Of a stretch of 25,755 nucleotides of DNA, positions 21,364 through 25,755 are shown piece by piece. A model generated the notes under the pieces. It ran no database searches, was not told where the DNA came from, and saw nothing but the letters and a program-made list of their open reading frames with translations. The translations under genes and the position numbers were made by a program. Position 1 is the stretch's first letter. The number at the start of each line of letters is the position of its first letter. The DNA is from Octopus sinensis (lineage: Eukaryota): contig NW_021836055.1 of assembly GCF_006345805.1 (NCBI RefSeq), positions 1 to 25,755 on the forward strand. Reading direction: 5' to 3'.

Positions 21364-21463
21364 TCTACGGACGCACGTTTCGAAATCAAGTTTTTAGGAA
21401 AGCATAAGAATTAAATATTAAATAATTCTACCTTACCAAAACTTCTTTTCTCTTCAGCGTAGA
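21364..21463 (-). ncRNA. Type I hammerhead ribozyme motif, probably from a Penelope-like element remnant
   Basis: The minus strand reads UCUACG-CUGAAGA-G[long hairpin]C-GAAA-CG(UG)CG-UC^CGUAGA. It has all core residues, a 6-bp stem I, a G-C closing pair on stem II and a GUC cleavage triplet. Confidence 0.75.
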
Positions 21464-21653
21464 ATACTATAATCATAAATGATTATATATTGAATTTTGA
21501 GATACTAGAAGGCACCAACTCAACTCAGTATCAGAGCGAGCTAGAATCCGCAACTAGTATCACCAAATTCAATGTGTGAATGAAAAGATTGTGTCACCAG
21601 CCCCTTCCCACCCGCGTGTAGCCAAAACAAGTTCACCCTTCATTATTACGGAT

Positions 21654-22301
21654 AAACATATTTTATCTCAGTAGATGACCACAGCATCTTGTTTAGCATT
21701 GCACATGTATATACGGAGACACAACCTGGTCTTTAAGGTTATATTCAATGCTATGAAAAGCCAAATTGATCTCAACAGTGAAAATAAACCTTTGACACTA
21801 CCAACTAGAGGTTTCATTACTTTCGTGCGCTCGGGACAGCGGAACCATTTTAAGAAGAGGAACAACAAAATTCCTGTGAGCGATGAAAAGTGGAATGGCT
21901 ATGGGGGAGGTAACTGCAGATTTACCAGGGTGCCAGGGACTCTTTCCCATCCCAGTTACGAACAAAAACTGAACATTTTAATGCGGTGTAAAAGAAAGTT
22001 GTGAATCTAGTCGAGTGAGCGATTCCTCGTGAATATAACATGGACGTCGCCCGGGTTAGAAAGATTGACCGTTATGTAAACCTCCTCGAGGAATGTAAAG
22101 ACGCAGGCTAGAAAGCGGAGCATTTTCTAATCGAAGTCGGATGTAGAGGGTGTGTTGGACACAGTGTGAGACGACTGTTGTTATCGTTAGTCAGAACTCA
22201 TCGTAAAGTATATACCATCCTGAGAGATATCCAAACTACGGTGGAAAAAGGCTTGCCAATGGATTTGGTGAAAAAGAGACGATGTATTTAATAACAGTTG
22301 A
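21654..22301 (+). pseudogene. 3' remnant of an RLE-type non-LTR retrotransposon ORF (HERO-like), with stops and frameshifts
   Basis: KHILS...YIRRHNLV, ITFVRSG, KKVVNLVE*AIPREYNMDVARVRKIDRY...CKDAG*KAEHFLIEVGCRGCVGHSVRRLL and CQWIW*KR match the zinc knuckle and RLE C-terminus of this group. Confidence 0.85.
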
Positions 22302-22419
22302 TCTAGTAAATGAGGTAGCACTTGCATGTGCAAGTTGTTTGCAACATATATATATACAAACTTATCAGTGCTAATAATATACACGTGGTAGATATGTACT
22401 ATGAAGATGTGCATATTTG

Positions 22420-23485
22420 CACATAACTACATGTGAGTATAGATGCACATATACAGTCATGCATATATTAAATGTACATATATATGCGTTTATATACGTG
22501 TGCGTGCGTATGAGTGTACGAGTATAAATATATGTACATATGAATATATGAGTCCATCTACATCTATAGATCGACCTCATGAATATGTGTGTATATGTGT
22601 ATATACAATTATTTTTGCAAATATCTTATACTAATATTTCACTGATACTGCGCAGATGTGCATACAATTTTGGTGAGTATAGACATCCATTTAGATATAC
22701 ATGCTTTGCTGTAAACGTACGTTTGCATGTATATGTGTATGAACTCATAAATGAATGCCTATGTGCACGTATATTTTAGAACATTTTTGTGTGTGTATAG
22801 CATTTACGAACACTATGAGTATATAGATATCTGTGTGCATTGACGTGTGTACGTGTATATGTGGGTGAAAAATGGATGTAAGCATGTATAGATATGCAAC
22901 TATTGATCTGCAAGGCAATATGCCCATACATATATCTCAGTATACATACGCAAACAGAAATATATACATATATTAATATGTTCGCACAAACATAGCCGCA
23001 TACACGAATACAGGCACCCGTATACACCTATGTATATAGAATATATGTTTAATTATTTTAAAGTTTCTATATGTTGCTGCATTGGAATAGCGGAGCATGT
23101 GTGAAAATGTGCTTCCATAAGATTCAATAATATTCGATATATGTGTGTGTATTGCGCGTGTGTGTTTCTCTGTGAGTGTATGTGCGTACTTGTGGGTGTG
23201 TATGTATAAAAATGCGCAACTTCTTTCAACCAGCCTAGGGAACACATTGCGTTTTATTATGCATGTCAAGTATTAACGGCTGCAAAATATTTTCTTTTGC
23301 TTTCAGATAAGTAGCTCAAATATATTTATAAACTTTCATGTACATACAGAGAGAGAAGAGAGATACATACACACATACACACACACACACACCCACATAC
23401 ATATACACATGCATATGTGAATAGCTGTGTGTATATATATGTGTGTGTGTGTGCGTGTGTGTGTGTGTGTGTTGTGTGTGTGTGC

Positions 23486-23516
<31 letters not shown>

Positions 23517-23704
23517 AGTGTATGTGTGTGTGTGCGCGTGTGTGTGTGTGTGTGCATGTACTCATTTGCTGCCTTTACCTGGAGCCATGTTGACTCCTTT
23601 CCTTTAGGTCAAGATATAAAAAAATCATGATTGTATTCTCCGAACAGCTTGTCTTCCATTTTGTTTTCTGAAAAAGGTGAATTTATTAAACAGAAAAATA
23701 TTAC

Positions 23705-23753
<49 letters not shown>

Positions 23754-23923
23754 TATATATATATATATATATATACGTGCGTGCGTCCATGTAATTCTGT
23801 GTGTGTATGCGCGTGTGTGTGCGTGCGTGGGTATGTGTGTGCGCGAGTGCGTTTGCGTGCATATATATGGATATGTGTATTTATATACCTCTGTATGGGT
23901 GTAAGCATACACACAACACACAC

Positions 23924-23955
<32 letters not shown>

Positions 23956-24079
23956 AATACACATACATACATATATATATATATACACGCACATACATAA
24001 GTATATACATACATACATATATATAAATACACACACATACACATATATACATACACATATATATATATATATATATATA

Positions 24080-24119
<40 letters not shown>

Positions 24120-24190
24120 ATGTATATGTATATGTATATATATATATGTTTGTGCATAAATGTATATGTATATGTGTATCATATGTGCAT
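22420..24190. repeat. Degenerate then perfect (TA)n/(CA)n/(TG)n microsatellite field
   Basis: Direct reading; source of many YI/HT/VC ORFs. Confidence 0.85.
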
Positions 24191-24360
24191 ATTTATATTT
24201 TATATAAAACTTTTTTTTACAGAATATTGAATTTTGAATTTTCCTCTTCCTGTTGGTTAAATAATTGCTTTCTACTGCATCATACAAAGGACTGCTACTT
24301 CTCAAACTAATACTATCACAGCTGACCCTACTAATTTTGCAGTTATAACAATAAGCACTA

Positions 24361-24403
24361 TAGTAGTAGCAGCAGCTGCAGCAGCAGCACTAGCAGCAGC
24401 AGC

Positions 24404-24438
<35 letters not shown>
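24361..24438 (+). repeat. (AGC)n(AGT)n microsatellite abutting a SINE tail
   Basis: Direct reading. Confidence 0.95.
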
Positions 24439-24439
<1 letters not shown>

Positions 24440-24573
24440 CCTTTCTACTATAGGCTCAAATTTTGAAATTTTTGATGTAGGGGAAAATTTGATTACTTCG
24501 ACCCAAGTACGTAACTGGTACTTATTTCATTGACCTCCGAAAGGATGAAAGTCAAAGTTGAACTCAGCAGCAT
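24440..24573 (-). mobile_element. SINE family B, 5'-truncated and diverged
   Basis: TTTCTACTATAGG...AACTGGTACTTATTTCATTGACCTCCGAAAGGATGAAAGTCAAAGTTGAACTC. Confidence 0.8.
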
Positions 24574-25225
24574 TTGAGGCTCACCATGAGTACAATGTGA
24601 GGACTAATACAGAAAAGATCCTCAACTAGAAATTGGAAGTTCTACATGGAGAGATTTCTAGTTTTTTTTCAGGAGTGACTGTGTCCTAAATAGCTTGCTT
24701 ACCAAGTAGCCTGCATGCTTCCCATGAGTCTTTGTTGTCAGTGTACACATGTGTCATTGTGTTGTGCACTGAAGAAGATAGACAGCAGTGTTTAGCCTGC
24801 CAAAAGAAGCTGCTGCAAGGTAAGACACTTGTCTCTTGGGTCAAGTGTGAATGTTGTTTGTTATTATATTTATTTATAAACAAGGAGTCCTCACTGGATT
24901 CAGGATGTTGGTCTGCTTGCGGTTCAGCAATATTGTTCACATAAAGTGAAAATTTTTTTATCAAAGTTATTCGCTGTTTGTAAATAGCGTGTATTTTTGC
25001 AACTACGTTTACCAATAATTGGAAACCTGTATTTCAAGTGGAGCAGTCCAGGTTCTAATCGGAGTACCATAGGGCTTGGAGTACGTGAATGTCCAAACGA
25101 TTTTTTGCTGCGTTTTGCTGCGTTTTGCTGCATTTTGCTTCGTCTTTCTACCCATTCGTCCACGTGGTCGTCTGACAGTTGTCTACTTCCGCTATTTATG
25201 TTTCTTTCTCACTTATGTTGATATT

Positions 25226-25443
25226 GATATTGCCTTTAAATTTTAGCACAAGGTCAGCAATTTCGGGAAAGGGGGCTAGTCGATTACATCGATCCCAGTG
25301 TTTAACTGGTACTAATTTTATCGACCGCAAAAGGAATGAGAGACAAAGTCGGCCTCGGTGGAATTTGAACTCAAAACCTAAAGACGGACGAAATACCGTT
25401 AGACATTTCTACCTGTCGTGCTAACGATTGTGCCAGCTCGCCC
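25226..25443 (-). mobile_element. SINE family B, near full length, with a 12-bp TSD
   Basis: Head GGGCGAGCTGGCACAATCGTTAGC and B box GAGTTCAAATTCC on the minus strand. TATGTTGATATT at 25214-25225 and 25444-25455. Confidence 0.88.
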
Positions 25444-25471
25444 TATGTTGATATTAACATTTGTTCCAACT

Positions 25472-25654
25472 TTTTACACAAGGCCAGCAATTTCGCGGAG
25501 GGGGTAGGTTGATTGCATCGACCCTAGTACTCAACTGGTACCTATTTTATCAACTCTAAAAGGATGAAAGTTAAAGTCGACCTCGGCGGAATTTAAGCTC
25601 ACAGCCTTGAAGATGGACGAAATGCCGCCAAACATTTCGCCCGACGTGCTAATT
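25472..25654 (-). mobile_element. SINE family B, slightly 5'-truncated
   Basis: Colinear with 25226-25443. Confidence 0.85.
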
Positions 25655-25755
25655 ATTCTTTTCTACTCTAGGCACAAAGCCCGAAAATTTGGGTGGAGGG
25701 GGCCAGTCGATTAGTTCCATCCCAGTACGCAACTGGTACTTAATTTATCGACTCC
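25655..25755 (-). mobile_element. SINE family B, 3' part, cut by the window end
   Basis: TTCTACTCTAGGCACAAAGCCCGAAAATTT...CCCAGTACGCAACTGGTACTTAATTTATCGAC. Confidence 0.88.

Noticed and set aside
25112-25142. 10-bp unit TTTTGCTGCG repeated about 3.5 times within overlapping short ORFs
   Set aside because: Small local slippage repeat; the ORFs show no recognisable homology.

Overview
This is AT-rich, microsatellite-dense eukaryotic genomic DNA, most likely octopus (coleoid cephalopod). That assignment rests on my recognition of the SINE families and was not verified by a search. No complete protein-coding gene is supported, and nearly all ORFs in the supplied track are translations of simple repeats. 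The window holds three tRNA-derived SINE families in multiple copies and a ~500-bp element embedded in (TAA)n. A nest inside a (TA)n array contains a fold-back mariner-type MITE and a full-length but dead IR/DR Tc1 (DD34E) carrying two SINE insertions with TSDs. There is also a rearranged second Tc1 fragment, the 3' remnant of an RLE-type (HERO-like) non-LTR retrotransposon, and a 99-bp-arm palindrome. Two tandem duplications (644 and 815 bp) differ mostly by 1-bp indels and may be assembly artefacts. Two observations stand out. (1) An intronless 147-codon minus-strand ORF at 11049-11492 carries four p53 DNA-binding-domain-like motifs in the correct order; this is a by-eye alignment and needs an HMM test. 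(2) A complete type I hammerhead ribozyme fold of the Penelope-like-element kind, with an unusually long stem II, lies at 21364-21463 (-).
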